Shown here piece by piece: positions 13,501 through 28,500 of a stretch of 64,000 nucleotides of DNA (positions within the stretch are counted from its first letter, which is position 1; each line of letters begins with the position of its first letter). Source of the DNA: Octopus bimaculoides (lineage: Eukaryota); assembly GCF_001194135.2 (NCBI RefSeq), contig NC_068990.1:25091752-25155751 (forward strand), in the 5' to 3' direction. A model generated the notes under the pieces. It saw nothing but the letters and a program-made list of their open reading frames with translations, was not told where the DNA came from and made no database searches. A program made the position numbers and the translations under genes.

Positions 13501-16500
13501 AGATGGAAATGGCTGGGTCGAGTTTGCCACTATAAACCGAACCTAATTGTCAGGATTGCAAAATGTGGTAAATCTAATGATTCCATTTGTATATCATAAG
13601 ACAGGATAAATCGAAAGTGCTTTTATTATAGAAATCTCAATTCTGTTAGAAACTAGAGACTGATGAAATGCAGATATCAATATCTGGGCATTGATTTTCT
13701 AATTAAATCATTAATCAACAAATAAATAATTAACGAATAATATCACCAATCTAACCACTGCTTATGATATTAAGCACCACTGAGCTCAATATTCAAAGAA
13801 AGGAAAATCCAGAGACATTTACTAGATAAAATATGGAAAAAATAAAAATAAACACAAATGATGCAAACAGGAAGTTTTTTGACAGGACAGTCTTTTTAAA
13901 ACAAGGTTAAACTTTAAAAATAATACATTTCTAAATCTCTCAAAGAGATTTAAGCAGTAGTGATACGATGAAGTAGTTGTATGCTGTCAACTTAATGTGA
14001 CAGTCCCCTGAAGGGAATAATACGACCAACAGTCGTATNNNNNNNNNNTGAAGGGAATAATACGACCAACAGTCGTATTATTCCCTTCAGGGGACTGTCA
14101 CATTAAGTTGACAGCATACAACTACTTCAAGGTTAAACTTGTTTAACAGAAGAGTGCTTAGTTTTAGTTTTCTAGTATCTGAATTGAGGTTTTATGCAAC
14201 AGCTGTGGATATCTGTGACAGAAGTTTAAGAGTTAAAGAATCCACTTTTATTTGAGTTGTATAAAAAAAAAAAAAAAAAGACAACAAACTGGATTGAATT
14301 GAACAGTTTGCTAAAATGAGATGAATTTTTTTAAAAATCACCTCCCTAATTAACTCCTTACTCTGTGGATGATAATCTTTGACAATGTTAAAGCTATAGT
14401 CATTAAAGTAATTTTTATGTGAACAACAATAGTGAATGAATTACCTTGACTTGTCCAATTTGGTTTTGGATAACAACAGGATCGATAGCTAAAGGTCCAA
14501 GAACAGCAACCATCTTTTCCTTCTGAGCTAACCATGTATCTAACTGATGGCCAGATTCACGGAACTCACGTAGATCAGCAATTATGTCTTCTAGTAATTT
14601 CTGTTCATTTTCAGATTTGGTTTTCAATGTGGACCATTTCATTTCTAAAAGTGAGAAACAAAACTCATAACAACTAAGTAAGAACTCCACAATACAAGAA
14701 AATCAAAATGAATAAATATCTTACAGAAACTGAGATAATGATTTATTTTTTAATCTGTGAGGCATCCCTGTATCTCTTCAATTGCAAGACACCTGTGGCT
14801 ATCTCAAACAATTCAAGGTGTCTGGAAGGAAGCCATCAAGTGGAATTGAAGGTAAGAGTAAGAAAAAGGAAACACCCTGCCCCCAATTCTTGTACATCAT
14901 TCCCTACATCACTCTCCTCTCACATTCTTATAAACTTATCCACCCACAGTTCTCCATCTTCAGTCCATATTTTCTCTTATAATCCCCTTCTTGTACCTTG
15001 AGAGAGTACATCCGACACTTCAACATCGCCATCTTTATCTTCTTCCCAGTTACTCCCACCCATCTTTATATAATGTAGGGTAGCCATTTATCTTCTCTAC
15101 AGCAAGACAACTGTGCTTGTCTCTCTCTGTCATACTTTAGCCTTTTAACACTTGGCATAAAACCTCCCCCCCCTTCTACTACAATCCTATTCAGTTGAGA
15201 GGTTTTCTTTTCTTTGTCTTGCATATCACTGGACGACCTCACTAGTGCTGGTGCCATGAGAAAGGCACCCAGTCTACTTTGTAAAGTGGTCAGCATTAGG
15301 AAGGCATCCAGCCATAGAAACTGTACCTAAGCAGATACTGGAAATCAAGGTAGTCCTGTGGTTCATAGGATCCTGTTAAACCACTGATCTGAAGCCAACA
15401 TGGAAGATGGACATTAAATGATAACGATACATCCATAATAAATAAATAGAATTGTTGTCATACCTAACAAGTTCAGTGGTTCTTGAATAAATTCCAGTCC
15501 ATCCACTGAATCATGGCTCTTAATTAAGTTGTCAGATTTTCTTTTTATTTCTTCCACCAAATGTTCTTTGCCAAGAATTTTTTTGTGGAATGCCTGTAAA
15601 GATAAATTCATCAAAATGAAATAAGTTGAGGATTAAAATCCATATTTTTTTCCATTTAACCCTTGAACATTCAAATTATTCTGTCAAATGTAATTCTTAT
15701 TTATTCACATTATTTTGAATTAACCATGCATTATCTTGTATCTTCAAAATTTTGATTATATCATTGTTCATTTTTAAAATGACATTGAAGGGTAAATGTA
15801 AGAGGTAGGATCTGGCTGGTTTGAATGCAAAACAGGCAGAATATTTAGGTCTGATATGTCTGGTTTAAATGCTAAAGGGTTAAATATTGTAACAGAGTTT
15901 CCCAAGTCTTGTTTTGTACAATGGATTTGTTCAAGTGACTCTTAATGGGGGAGGGGGGGGGCAACAATGAAAACTGAATTGGATTAAATAGGAAAACAAA
16001 ACAAAATCTTTCTTGGGTTTATACACAGCAGCTTCATGACAATATCTCTAGAAGTGATGTACATAAGAGGTTGAATAGCAGTAATGAGGTAGGTTTATAC
16101 TTGCTAATTAAGAGAGAGAGAGAGAGAGGGTGTGAAGAGAAAGGTGTAGAGAGAAAGGGGAAGTAGGGGGAGCAGCAGATGGGTGGCAAGTGGCAGTAGA
16201 GAAAGAGTAGAGAGGGAAAATTGACAGAGAGAAGGGAGAGGAAAGTAATTGATGATGATATGATGATAAGTAATAAAAGAAATCCATTAACTAACAAGCT
16301 GGCATTGACTGACACACAGACAGACCAGGTAAATTCCTACCTCATGATTTGAAAGAGACTCTTTAGCATCTACTTCGTTTGTTGGCAGCACTCTGTCTTG
16401 TTTCAGGCTGTCTTCTTTCAAAGCTATCCAATTCAGTAAATCTTTGATATCTTGGTGGAAACTCTCAACATTATCCATGGTGGTGTTCAACTCCAGATGG

Positions 16501-19500
16501 CGTTCACCGAGACGTTCTCCAAGGATTTCATAACGTTGGTTAATATCCAACAGTTGTTGTTGAATATCACTGAGATCTGATGAGAGAAAAAAAAAATCAA
16601 AATGTTACAGTTCTAAAATGAAGACGAAAGAAAAGTGGGGATTCTTTTCATTTTTCCCCCTTCATACGGCATAAGCATGGCTGTGTGGTTAAGAACCTCA
16701 CTTCCCAAGTACATGGCTTTAAGTTCAGTCCCACTGTGTGGAACTTTGGCAAGTGTCTTCTACTATAACCATGGATTGACCAAAGCCTTGTGAGAGAGAA
16801 GCCTGTCGTGTGTGTGTGTGTGTGTGTGTGCTTCCTTGTCTTAACATTCTATAAAGGCAGTAAACAAGTGTCACTGTCATACAAGTAGTATCAACTATTT
16901 TTAGTTTTTCATGAAAAACACACCTGACCATGGGGAAATATTACCTTGCTCTGAAACAGGTGAGGGCCAGCAGCAGGAAGGGCATCCAGCTGTAGAAAAT
17001 TTGCCTCAAAAATTCTGTCTGACCCATGAAAGCAGACATTAAATGATGATAATGATAATATAGTCGGTGCTGTAAAGATTGAAGAATGAATGGAACCAGT
17101 AGAACAAAAACAACCTACCATCAAGGAGTAAATTATCTGAAGAACTTTTCCTGCTGCTTACTCCACTGGATTCACTTGACATGGGACTGATACCAATTGT
17201 GGTTGGAGAAACTGGTATAATAGGAGATGGACTTCGAATACTTGGTGATGGTAGTCCAGCTGCTTTTCGGCTTCCTGCATAAGATGAAATTAAGAGATTG
17301 CTTGAAAACTAAGAACTTACATATTTCTAACCATTCTTCTCTCAAGAAGACAAGAATCAAAGAAGAGTTGCAAGGAATGATAATCTATTTAACCTTACTT
17401 CCATTCCATTATGGTTTGGTTTCAAGATCATTTCTTCAATGAGATATTGTCAATCATTTCAGAGATACTTTTCCAGATATTAAAACACACCAATAAATAT
17501 GTTCAATGTCTTTACTATCATATTTGACCACAATGTGTTGTTAGATGCAGCCAAACTTGCCTTACCAAGGAGCTACCTATTATAATGCTCAGGTATTTCA
17601 AACTCTTAAAAATTTTAAATTCTTAAAATTTTATTATTAATGTACATATTTTATTACAAAAAATTCTTTTTTTGGCATTTTTGTTATTTTTGAATTCGAA
17701 AATAATCATGAATTTAAGTAAAATAACCACGGCATTATTAAGTTGCTGCTTGGAACTTTATTAAATTAAACGAAAGAATAAGATTGAGTTTTAAGAACCG
17801 AGATGGAACATATGAAGCAAACTAACCAGAAAAATACAGAACCCCATCCCCCACCCTGTCATCAAATAACAGGTAACGACTTACTTCTGACTGGGCTGCT
17901 TGTATTTTCTATTGTTTGAAGAGAATCTAAAGCATTTCCTACATCGTTGACTTCATTGATCTTTTTCCGTTGATTGGAATGTTCGTTTAGTAATGGCTGA
18001 AAATATAAAGATTTCAAAGGAATTTGAACACAAATATGGCTTTATACACACACACACACACATACTTGTTATAATGAAGTCAGACAAAATAATGATATTT
18101 TGAAAACATTTAATATGCACATTTTAGATTTTTCTAATATATAATAGGAAGTACATCCCCTTATGTAAGACCTTCTTCATTTAATACATACACACACATA
18201 AAATCATCATCATTTAATGCCTCACTTCCATGCTGGTATGGGTTAGACAATTGAACAGGATCTAACAAGCCAAAAGTCTGTGTTGAGTTCCAATATCTGC
18301 TCATTTATTTTCAATGCTCGCATGGATTAGACAAATACATCCTTGCAGCATTGTTTTACTGTCAGACACCCTTCTTAGCACTAACACTTGCCTGTCTTTC
18401 AAGTAAACAGTAGACAGGAACTAAAAGAAACTCCTCATATGTGTGTGTGTGTGTGGGGTGGGGGAGCATGTATGTATTTGTTTTCTTGTTATGATATTGC
18501 ACGATAGTTTTGAATGTGTGTCACTGTCATACTAGCAGTAGTGCTGTTCATTTCAAATTTTCTGTGAAAATATATCCAGCTGAGGAAGAGGTTGGGGATA
18601 TTACCTTGCTTGGAAACAGGTGAGGGTTGGTGACAGGAAAGGCATCCAGCCACAGAAAATCAGCCTCAACAAACTGTCCAACTCATTCAAGTCCAGAAAA
18701 GTGGAGGTTTGATGATGATGATGAATAAGTTCTCCAAACATTCATTTATTATGTTTGTATTTACAAATTAACATTTGTTTCAAGTTAGTTTTAGCTTTTT
18801 TTTTTCTTCCCAGGCTGACAAACAAAATTTACTTGATACAATAGAAATTTGATTTTTCTGTGATGAGACTTTACATCCCACAATAACCATTGTATGGCCT
18901 TGAACAAAGTACTTTATTTTTAACCTTTAGCCTTTAGATGAAGATTGCTAAATCTGTGTAACAATCCCAGAAAGAAATGACTCAATTACATCTGATGGAA
19001 AACTGAGAAGAATTATAATTATTATTATCATCTAGTATATATAAATCACAGTATGTGTGTATGTATAATGACTAACACATACATTTCCACAATTCTCGGA
19101 CTGATTTTCACCAAACTTTACACACACGTCCCAAGGATGACCATGCACTAAACATTTTGCCCAGAGCTGCTACCTAAATGGACAGGGCTATAGTAGAAGA
19201 CACTTGTCCAATGTGCCACGCAGTGGGGATGAATCCAGAACCATGTGGTTGGTAAGCAAGTTACCTACCACACAGCTACTCCTATATTTATATCGTTTAG
19301 ACATCTGATATGTGGCACACTTGTGCACTTGTACAAGCAATGTCAATTTGATGGAAGGAGTTAGCTAATGTACAGCACATGCATTTCATCACCATAAATA
19401 AGTTGTTTGTGCAGGTTGTTCAAAAACTGAACGCTCATATGTCGTCTCCATCATATATAACATGGCTGCATTGTTAAGTTTGCTTTCCAAGCATGTGCTT

Positions 19501-22500
19501 TCAGGTTCAGTTCCACTGCACAGCACCTTGGGCAAGCGTCTTTAACTAGAGCCTTGGGCTGGCCAGTACCTTGTGAATTGATTTGGTAAGAAGAAACTGA
19601 AAGAAGCTTGTCATATAAATATACACACACACACACATACACAAACAGATAGTGATGTAAGCATGTAAGTGTGTGGGTGTGTGTGTGTCCATTCATCTTG
19701 ACAATACATAATATTTGTAAATGAGCATCACCATCATACAAGTGGTGTTACTCATTTCCAGTCTCCTGCTGAAACATGTCTGGCCATGGGGAAATATTAC
19801 CTTGCTTGGAAACATGTTAAAGGCAGCTGGCTGTAGAAAATCTACCTCAGTGAATTCTGTTTGATTTATGTAAACATGGAAAAGCAGGCATTAAAATGAT
19901 TATGCTTTTTTTGTGTTTTTTGTTTTTTTACTAAACTTAATGATAAAAATTTAGAATGTTCTTACCTGTAAATCTTGCAATTGTTCCTTTACATCTTCAA
20001 TTGCAACAGCAGTAGGTTCCAAGCTATCCGTTTTCACTTCTAATGTTCCAAGCCAGTCTAATACCTCTGTCTTTAATACTTCAAATTCTTCACCCTTCTC
20101 CTCTCGTAAACCAACCTCTTTTTCCCTCATAGCAAGCAACAAGTCAAATTCTGTCCAGCTACGTTCTAAAGTGGCAATGCACTCTTCAAGAGATGATGAT
20201 TCTCCAGTCCTTGGATCAGCAATAAGTTTTTTACCAGAACCTATCAAATCTTTTATCGGCTGCTTTTTACTTTTGCATTCAGTTGATACAATATCAACCC
20301 TTTGTTTAAACAAAGGCATTGGTAATTGAGTCAATTCTTTAGATTCCAACATGTCGATACTGCTGGCTAACCAATCATTTGTCACTTGGAGTTCTTGGTG
20401 GAATTTACTAAGTTCTTCAAATATCTCTTGGAGGTTGCTACTTCGGCTCTCAACTTTTTTAGTGAGTGCAAGGAATCGTGAATTAAGAGCACCTATTTTC
20501 TTTTCTACATTTTTAGCCATGTCAAGATCACATGACTTCATTAATTCATTTGCACTCACTTGAACAGCATCTACACTTGGTTTGTGACTGTCTATATCTG
20601 TTTCAATCACTTTGATCTCATTGATCTGTTCAAGAAGATTATCTCGATACAAACTGATTGGTCTTTGGTTCACAAGGGAGCCTTCAACATCTCTCAACCA
20701 ATTTAGGAGACTTTCTATAGCTTCTTTTACATCCTGTGATTTAGTTAGAGCCATTTGTAAGGTGTTATACCGACTGTTAATGTCATCACTCAGTGATGCA
20801 CAACGGAATGAAATTTCCCTGATTATTTCATCAACTTTTTGTATTTGTTCTGGTTCTGTATTGAACTGATTTAAACAGGAGATCAACTGTTTGCCACAAA
20901 CCTCTAAGTCGGTGATCTGTGATTGATAGGTAATAGTTTCATTGCTCATTGCCTTCATTTGATCAAGTTGAGCCTTCAGCTCTTCTGGATCTGTTGAAAG
21001 AGGTTCTTGTAATGCTTCTTCAAGTTTCTCCTCAGCAGTGTTTATTGATGTCAGCAGTTTGTTACTCTGGAGGTGGAACTCTCCTTGTTTGTCTGAAACT
21101 TCATTTAGTTTATCACAAAGTGAACTACATTTGCTCTTGAGTTCTTGGTAACGGTCAGACGATTCTTTCAGTTTATCTTTCACAGATTCAGCCTCTAATG
21201 TATCCATACTGATACGACTTAATCGCGTCGGCTTTTGTTTGTCAGCTTTAAAGGCATCCAACTCCAGTTTATGAAACTGGAAAAGAAAAGATATTAAGGA
21301 AACATTATCAGATTGAAAAGACAAGGTGAGGTGATAAGAGAAAAGTACAACTATTCTAAATACCTACAACTACAACTACAATTACTGCATGAGAAGTACA
21401 AGTGATTTAGTAACTAAGAAGGTTCCAATACAATTACATATACCAACAATTATCAACTGTGAATTAGTTTATCAAACATTGATTGCCACTCTGCTAATGA
21501 CTTTTCAATGTTAAAACACTCAAGATATACTGATATGCCATTATTTTAAAATTATTCCTTTCATTTTGGAATCAAAAGATCTGAGTATGATTTGGTAAAA
21601 GTGTGGAGTAGCAGTGGGTAGAGATACCAAATCTAAAGTCCGGTTGACTTTGTTTTCCTTCCTTCAGATGAAGTCAATAAAAAGAAGTACTAATACTAGG
21701 TGCCACATAACCAACTCCACTCTTGAAGGTAATACCCAAACATGGCCACACTCCCATAACAAACCAGTTAAAAAATATTTAAAAAATTTAATTTACCTTT
21801 GCCTCTTCAATGTATTTCTGAACTGCCATGGACATAAAGCGCACGTCAGCTTGGTGTGCAATGATGTCATTGGAGAAGCTCTATAACAAAACAGCAGAAC
21901 ATTTTAATTATGTGTAAAACTCAAAACAAAAAACAAAGAACTGTTGCAAAGAACTAAGTAACTACAAATATGAAAGACAGAAAGCAAAAAACACAAAGCT
22001 TTATTAGGATATTTCATTATATCTCATTTAAATGGTTTTATTTGCAACTTATTTTACAAATATTTCTCTCCAAAATAACATTAGTAAGATTACAATTAAA
22101 AAAAAAATATTTAACCCTTTTGCTGCCAACCTACCTGCCCCAACCCCTTAATTCTATGATACAAATTTCCTTGTTTAGAGTGATCTTCACACCAATTTGG
22201 GTGCAGAAAATTGAGAGAATAAAGGATGGTACCATTTAGAAGGCTAAACAACATCCCCAACCTCATAAAAAAATTCTAATCTTCTCCACTCACTCACAAA
22301 TCCACCTTAAACAAGATTCTATGCCTCTCAACCCACTCCCAAACCCATACAAAACAAAACTCTATGCCCCTCAGCCCATTCACAAACCAACCTAAAAAAA
22401 GATTCCAAACCCTTCAATTCATTTAGAAATCCACATTAAATGTAATTTTCCTCCAAAATTATATCTGTATCACACGTTGAACATAATTCAATGAAAACCA

Positions 22501-25500
22501 AATGAAACCAAATTGTTTTTACCTTGTGTTTTTCTACAACAGACTTCAAGGAATCAATGTCTTCAAGTACAACTTTATCAATGGTGTTCTCAGCAGAAGT
22601 CATCCAGTCCTTAAATTTGGCTAGTTCATCCTCAAACTTTCCAAGCTGTTCCGTTGCACTTTCAAGATGTTTTAGTCGGTTTCCAGAAGTTCTCAACACC
22701 TAAATAGGGATTGTTACAAGAGAAAAAGTTGTGAAAATATATTTAATTATCACAGTATGTCAATTTTTGGATCCGATTTTATTATTTTAGCATTAATTAA
22801 ATGCTAAAACTAACTTAGAGGAGTGGTGCTGGCAAATGAACCAAAAAGAGGGCAGAGGTACAGGTAAGTGTATCCAGATGAAGGATATGGTACTGAGAAA
22901 TGTACCTGATGAAGGGAGCAGTACTAAGAATTGTACATAGATGAGATATTGTTATATGTAACCAGCTGAGGGCAGCAATACTAGTAAAAGAAGGGAGGGG
23001 TGTCGTATTGGCAAGGGTAGCCACTCAGGACACTCAAAATTTAAGTAACCAATACTCTGCTCCAACTCCAGTCCCCTCATTGATTGCAATGGTCCAGGGA
23101 TTCCAGGATAGCCTGTCTGCTACTCTGCCACACATACTTCAAGTTACCCAGACTATCCTGAGCAGTTGAACTAGGTACGTTGGACAAGTGAATAAGATTA
23201 CCATGATATGAAGTCGTTTTTGGAATAATGAATCTTCTCTCATCTTTTGATAATGACATTTTACAAATATAACACACACACAAAATAGCAAAGACACTAT
23301 CAAAAATTAGTAAAACTAAAATAAAAATTTTTATGCATCATTTAAATGCTAAAGAGATTTCTGAATCACCATATGATGATTTAAAATTTAGTGTAATTTA
23401 AGTTTTGAAATGTTTTGGAAACTAAATTTCTTTACAAAAAGAAATATATACATATATATGTTTATAAAAATTAAAAATCAACATAAATACCAACCTTTTC
23501 CATTAGGTCTTTAAGGGACACAGAAATGGTTTTTAGTGCATCAACTTGCTCCGGAGTAATTTCTTCTTGGTAGTGTTCCAAGATTTGTTCAGCTTGGAAG
23601 ACAAGAGAAAGTACTGGCTGTTGGTGGTCAAGGATTTCTGCATGATGCGTCTGTAGATGGAAACATTACAACATTGAGTCACTAAGTTTTTCTGATTGCA
23701 TTTCTCAATGAAATTAATAGACAAGTTTCACAAATGTGGCAGACATTAGAGTATTGGATAGAATACTTTGTGGAATTTGTGGCAAATTTCTGCATGGTGA
23801 GTTCAAATCCTACCCAGGTTAACTTTGGCTTTAATCATTTTGGGGGTCAATAAAAGTGACAAACCAGGGTAGTGGAGCTGTGTGCTGGAAGGGGTGTCAT
23901 GCATTTCTTCCAGCCCTTTTGGGTCCTAACAATAACAAGTGCAACAACACAGATGCCAAGCTTGCAAAGGTCCTCAGGCAGTGTTTTTTGCTTCAGATGA
24001 GAAAGGACAAAAAAGACCCTTCATCCAAGCCTACCTGTACCTGTGCAGTCACATGATCAATACTAACCAATGCAAACTTAATAGAAATATATTTCAATTA
24101 GTTTTGGAAATATTCAAGAGTTAGAGAAGTGGGGCTCTACAATAGGACGGCAGTTTTATACTAGAAGATGAACAATTAAAGTATGAGAGAAGGGTCCAGA
24201 ACAGAACAGGTTTCTTGTTGTAAAGGATTTACACAGCTATTTGCCCTATAGAATGGTGGGTGGGAAGAACCAGGGTGGAGCTAGAAACAGATTTAAATGG
24301 TGGTGATGAATTATAAGGGTGGACCTTCAAGGTGAGGATAAGTTTGGGAGGATTTAATGAAAACTAAATTTTTCACATTTATGGATAGCCCACTTCACTT
24401 CATAAAGAGCACATGGGCTGGTTTCTGGGTTTTTCTAGTGTACATATTCCTCTCTGAATGGGATGCTGGTCTGTTGCATATTTACTCAATTTTACCAGCT
24501 GAGTGGAGTGGAGTAATATGAAATTAAGTCTTTTGCTCAAGAACAATGCATTGCCCAGTGCAGGTATCAAAACCACATTCTTACGATAATGAGTTCAACA
24601 CCCTAAACTGTAAGCCATGCGCCTCCACATTTTCATTTATAGGTAAATGCAAATATTGTTTGGAACATAAAAATGTTCTTACATAAAATTGAAGCAGATG
24701 TTTTTAATTTAAACAAAAATACTTTGAAATGAGATTTAGAGTTACAGGACTAAAAATGATGTTGGAGTGTGTTAGTATTAACCCCTGTGTCACTATATTT
24801 CTGTTGAATTGTCTTTGCTATAAATAGTTTTGAAAATAAGGAATAATTTAGTAAAATAATTAATTATAAAAGCTGGTGTTTGAAACATGAATTAAAATGA
24901 AAGGTTTTTCACTTTGATCACCAATGGTTTCATGCAAAGAGATCTCTTTACAATTTTCAGGTGGACCATATGGAAATGAAGAGAGAGAGAGAATGAAAAA
25001 GTTACAGAAAGTGGAAATAATTAATTTACTCTGCACATAATGAAAAGCAACATTGACATTGGTAGGATTTGAACACAAAATATAAAGAGCCATAACCAAA
25101 TACCACAAAATATTTTACTCAGTACTCAAAAGACTTAATCAGCTACTCTAAAACTCTGATGATGAATATGTAACAGTGTTATAATTTCACACAAAAAAGA
25201 CAAAAAAAGAAAAGAAAAAGAAATACATTGACTGATTTAACCAAAGGTTATTACTGGTACTTTTGTATGATTTGACCTTGAAAAACAGATAAAACTAAAT
25301 TGTACAATGTACTAAGTCGAACACCTGACTCAAAACCCTTTAAACTTTATGTATTAAAATTATTTGGAAGGACTTACCTTTTGTGCATCTCGCTGTCCAG
25401 TCAATTCCTTAATGTTGCAACTAACTGCAGAGTCTTCTTTAAGCAGTTGTTCTGCATCAGTAAACCAATTCAGTTCAGAGTTTAGTTCTTGCAGAAGTCT

Positions 25501-28500
25501 GTCGTAAGAGTCTGGAAGACGACCCTGTAGGCAACAGGCAAAGAAAGATGTTAGAGAGAGAGAGAAAAAAAAAATCAGTATCAAAACACATTAATTAATT
25601 GAATGTAATAAACACAATGAACATTGAAAGAAAAAATTTAGCCCTGGATCAGTGACTAACAACATAAAAATTGTATAAAAATTTTATATCTAAACAATTA
25701 ATTAGGATCATGACCAACATTTCTTTAAATCTTTGATTTACCAATCAATACAAGCATGACAATAATACCTCTTTCCTCCACCCCATCCCTTCTGCCATTC
25801 AGATGCCTCTGGGTGAAAATTTGGAATAAGAGTTCTTATGATTATTCTTTTGTGCAGTGATGTGTGAAATTATGAAAGAAAGAAGTGGTGCAATGATGCA
25901 AACAAAGAGATGAATAAATGTGTGTGTGTGTGTGTATGTGTGATGGGGAGGTACTATTTCTTTTCTAAAACTGTGTCCAGTGCAAAACAAATTGTCTGAC
26001 AGTGAAAGCGCAGTAAGGTGGAATGACAAGCAAAAGTTAAGCACACTCATCAGAAACAAATCTTAAAACAACATTAAATAATGTTACTATTAGATTCTAT
26101 ATCTTATATTTCACAATATGATGTAACAATGAGGTCGGAGAGTTGATATATATTTTTCAACAAATATCATTCATTCAGCTTCAATTTGACCATAATAAAA
26201 AGACATAACTGAAGGAAGAACCATTGGAAGATCTGAATATAGCACAGTGACCTTAAAAAAAACTCCCTGATCTTAAAATAAAAACAGAGACATTCAAGAA
26301 TTTTACACTACTTACAATAGCAAGCCATTCCTCTTTGTGGTAGAAAGCTTGAGAGCTTAAAGTTCACTGTGAAGTTAATTGTTGGCCCTGAGCTAAAAGG
26401 CTTGAAAAGAATTGGGAATTGGTCCCCTGACCGAACTGAAATCACTTCAATATCAGTCAATATACTCTTATTGAAGTATCATTACTAAATGCCTTTTTTT
26501 TGGAATACATGTGTACACATACACACACATTATATATATATATATATAACATACACTTTACAGCTAAAAAGCAAATATCTTAAATTCTTTCATATAGTGC
26601 TTATGTTAAAAGTAAAACAGAAATACAAGGCTACACTGCTATACTTTGCTGAAGAAACAAGAGAACAAGTCTACTGTTGTCTCAGTCAACAACCAATATT
26701 GGTTTTCCTCTACCTCCACCAATACATATTTATATGTAATTCAGAGTTTTTAATACTGCATGCATTAAATAATCTAATACACACAGATCTAAAATGATAC
26801 AGCATTTATTTGATGGTACAACAAAAAAGTCTTGAAGCAAAATTAATAACATGGTGGCATATCAGGAGCTCATCTCGAGTACATCAGAGAGAAACTCTTG
26901 GTATCTCACTAAATATTTCTAATTGAGGTCTTTAGTCCACCAAACTGATCATGATCTAAAGATTAAAACACAAATTCAAATCCAAATATTCTCTTCAAAA
27001 CACTTTGCATTTTAAGGACTCATATAATTTTGACTCTAATGATTTTTGGATACATCAGTTAAACACCACACACCAATCTCAAAGATGATAAATTTTCTTC
27101 ATAACATTTCTGTTCTTACATTATCATGACACAATCTGATAATTTATTTTCACATCTAATAATTGGTGCTGAACTGGCACTTAATTTATTGACTAAGGAT
27201 GCAAGGATGAAAGCCAAAGTCAACTTTGGCAAACTTTCATAAAGAGCCAGAAGAAATTCCACCAAGCATTTTGTCTGGTCTGCTTAGGATTCTGCAAGTT
27301 TGCTGCCTTGTTTTCAAATTTAGTAATAAACACTCAGGAACAAAGACTGAATCAGGTTGCAGTCTATGTCTAGAAACAGACTAAAGTTTGTACATTTATA
27401 TTTATATCAGCATTCAACAGAAAGGCACAGTGTGCACCAGCAAGCACATCAACTACATGTGGTGGGATGTGAAGCAAAATTCATTTTTATAGCAAACATT
27501 GCTTACATTTTGCACAAATAGAAGACCAGTTTTGCAGGGAAGGAATAGAATTGACTCAATTGGTACACTTAGTATATTGTGAAGGTGTGTCGCTTAGTGG
27601 TTAGGGCATTCAGCTCACAGTCATAAGGTTGAGAGTTTGATTCTTGGTGACACCTTGTGTCATTGAGCAAGGCACCTTATGTCATTAAACAGTTGGCAAA
27701 ACTGAGTTATGCCTGTAATTCAAGGAGCCAGCTATGTCACATTGTGCGTCATACTAAATCTCTCTGAGAACTATGCTAAGGGCACACATGTCTGTGGAAT
27801 GTTCAGCCACTTACACGTTAATTCACAAGCAGGCTGTTCTGTTGACTGGATCAACTAGAACTTTCATTGTTGTAACTGACAGAGTGCTTGTTACCTAGTA
27901 TATTACAGGTGTGTATTATTAACCCTGGACTGAAGAAAGATGAAAGTAACCCAGACAGGTATTGAAACTAGACTGTAGAGAGGTGAAAGCTGAATATACT
28001 GTGAAGAGATCTCATGTCCTCTTCCTGTCAACTCACCACACTTTTTTAATCTTAAAACCATAAGACAGTCAGTGTCTTTTGTTTCTTTAAAAAGAAAATT
28101 CATATTCAGAAACAAATTATTTGGAAAGTGAGGCTAGAAATATGTTCAAAATAAATTTAATTCTTTTTTAAGTGATTTCAAACATAATTAGGGGAAAAAA
28201 TAACAACAATAAAAAACTGAATAGAATTTCTGCAAAAATGATTAAATATGAGAATGGTAAAATAAAAGCATATTTGAAATGCTCACATAAGAAACTATAT
28301 AATTTATGTCCATGCTGTGTCTATTTCTAATTGTATGCATGCAAGGGAGGAGTGGGGTGGGGGCTAATGCTAAGTGTTACACCTATGTCGCAGCAAATTG
28401 AAGTAAAAATGTTTCTATAGGTTAAAAAACAAAAAAAAACAACAAATATTAATTGAAAATGAAAGCATACCAAAGCAAGGTAATTATTTATGAAAAATTA

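Noticed and set aside
22868-22945. Tandem c[at]gatgaagg motifs resembling hammerhead cores
   Set aside because: No GAAA/GUC or stems can be restored; looks like a decayed ~32-nt tandem repeat.
26317-26440. Segment with a strong donor (ATT|gtaagt) and an upstream AG
   Set aside because: The only fully open frame is phase-incompatible with the neighbours; the phase-0 frame has a stop and the peptide resembles nothing in the family.
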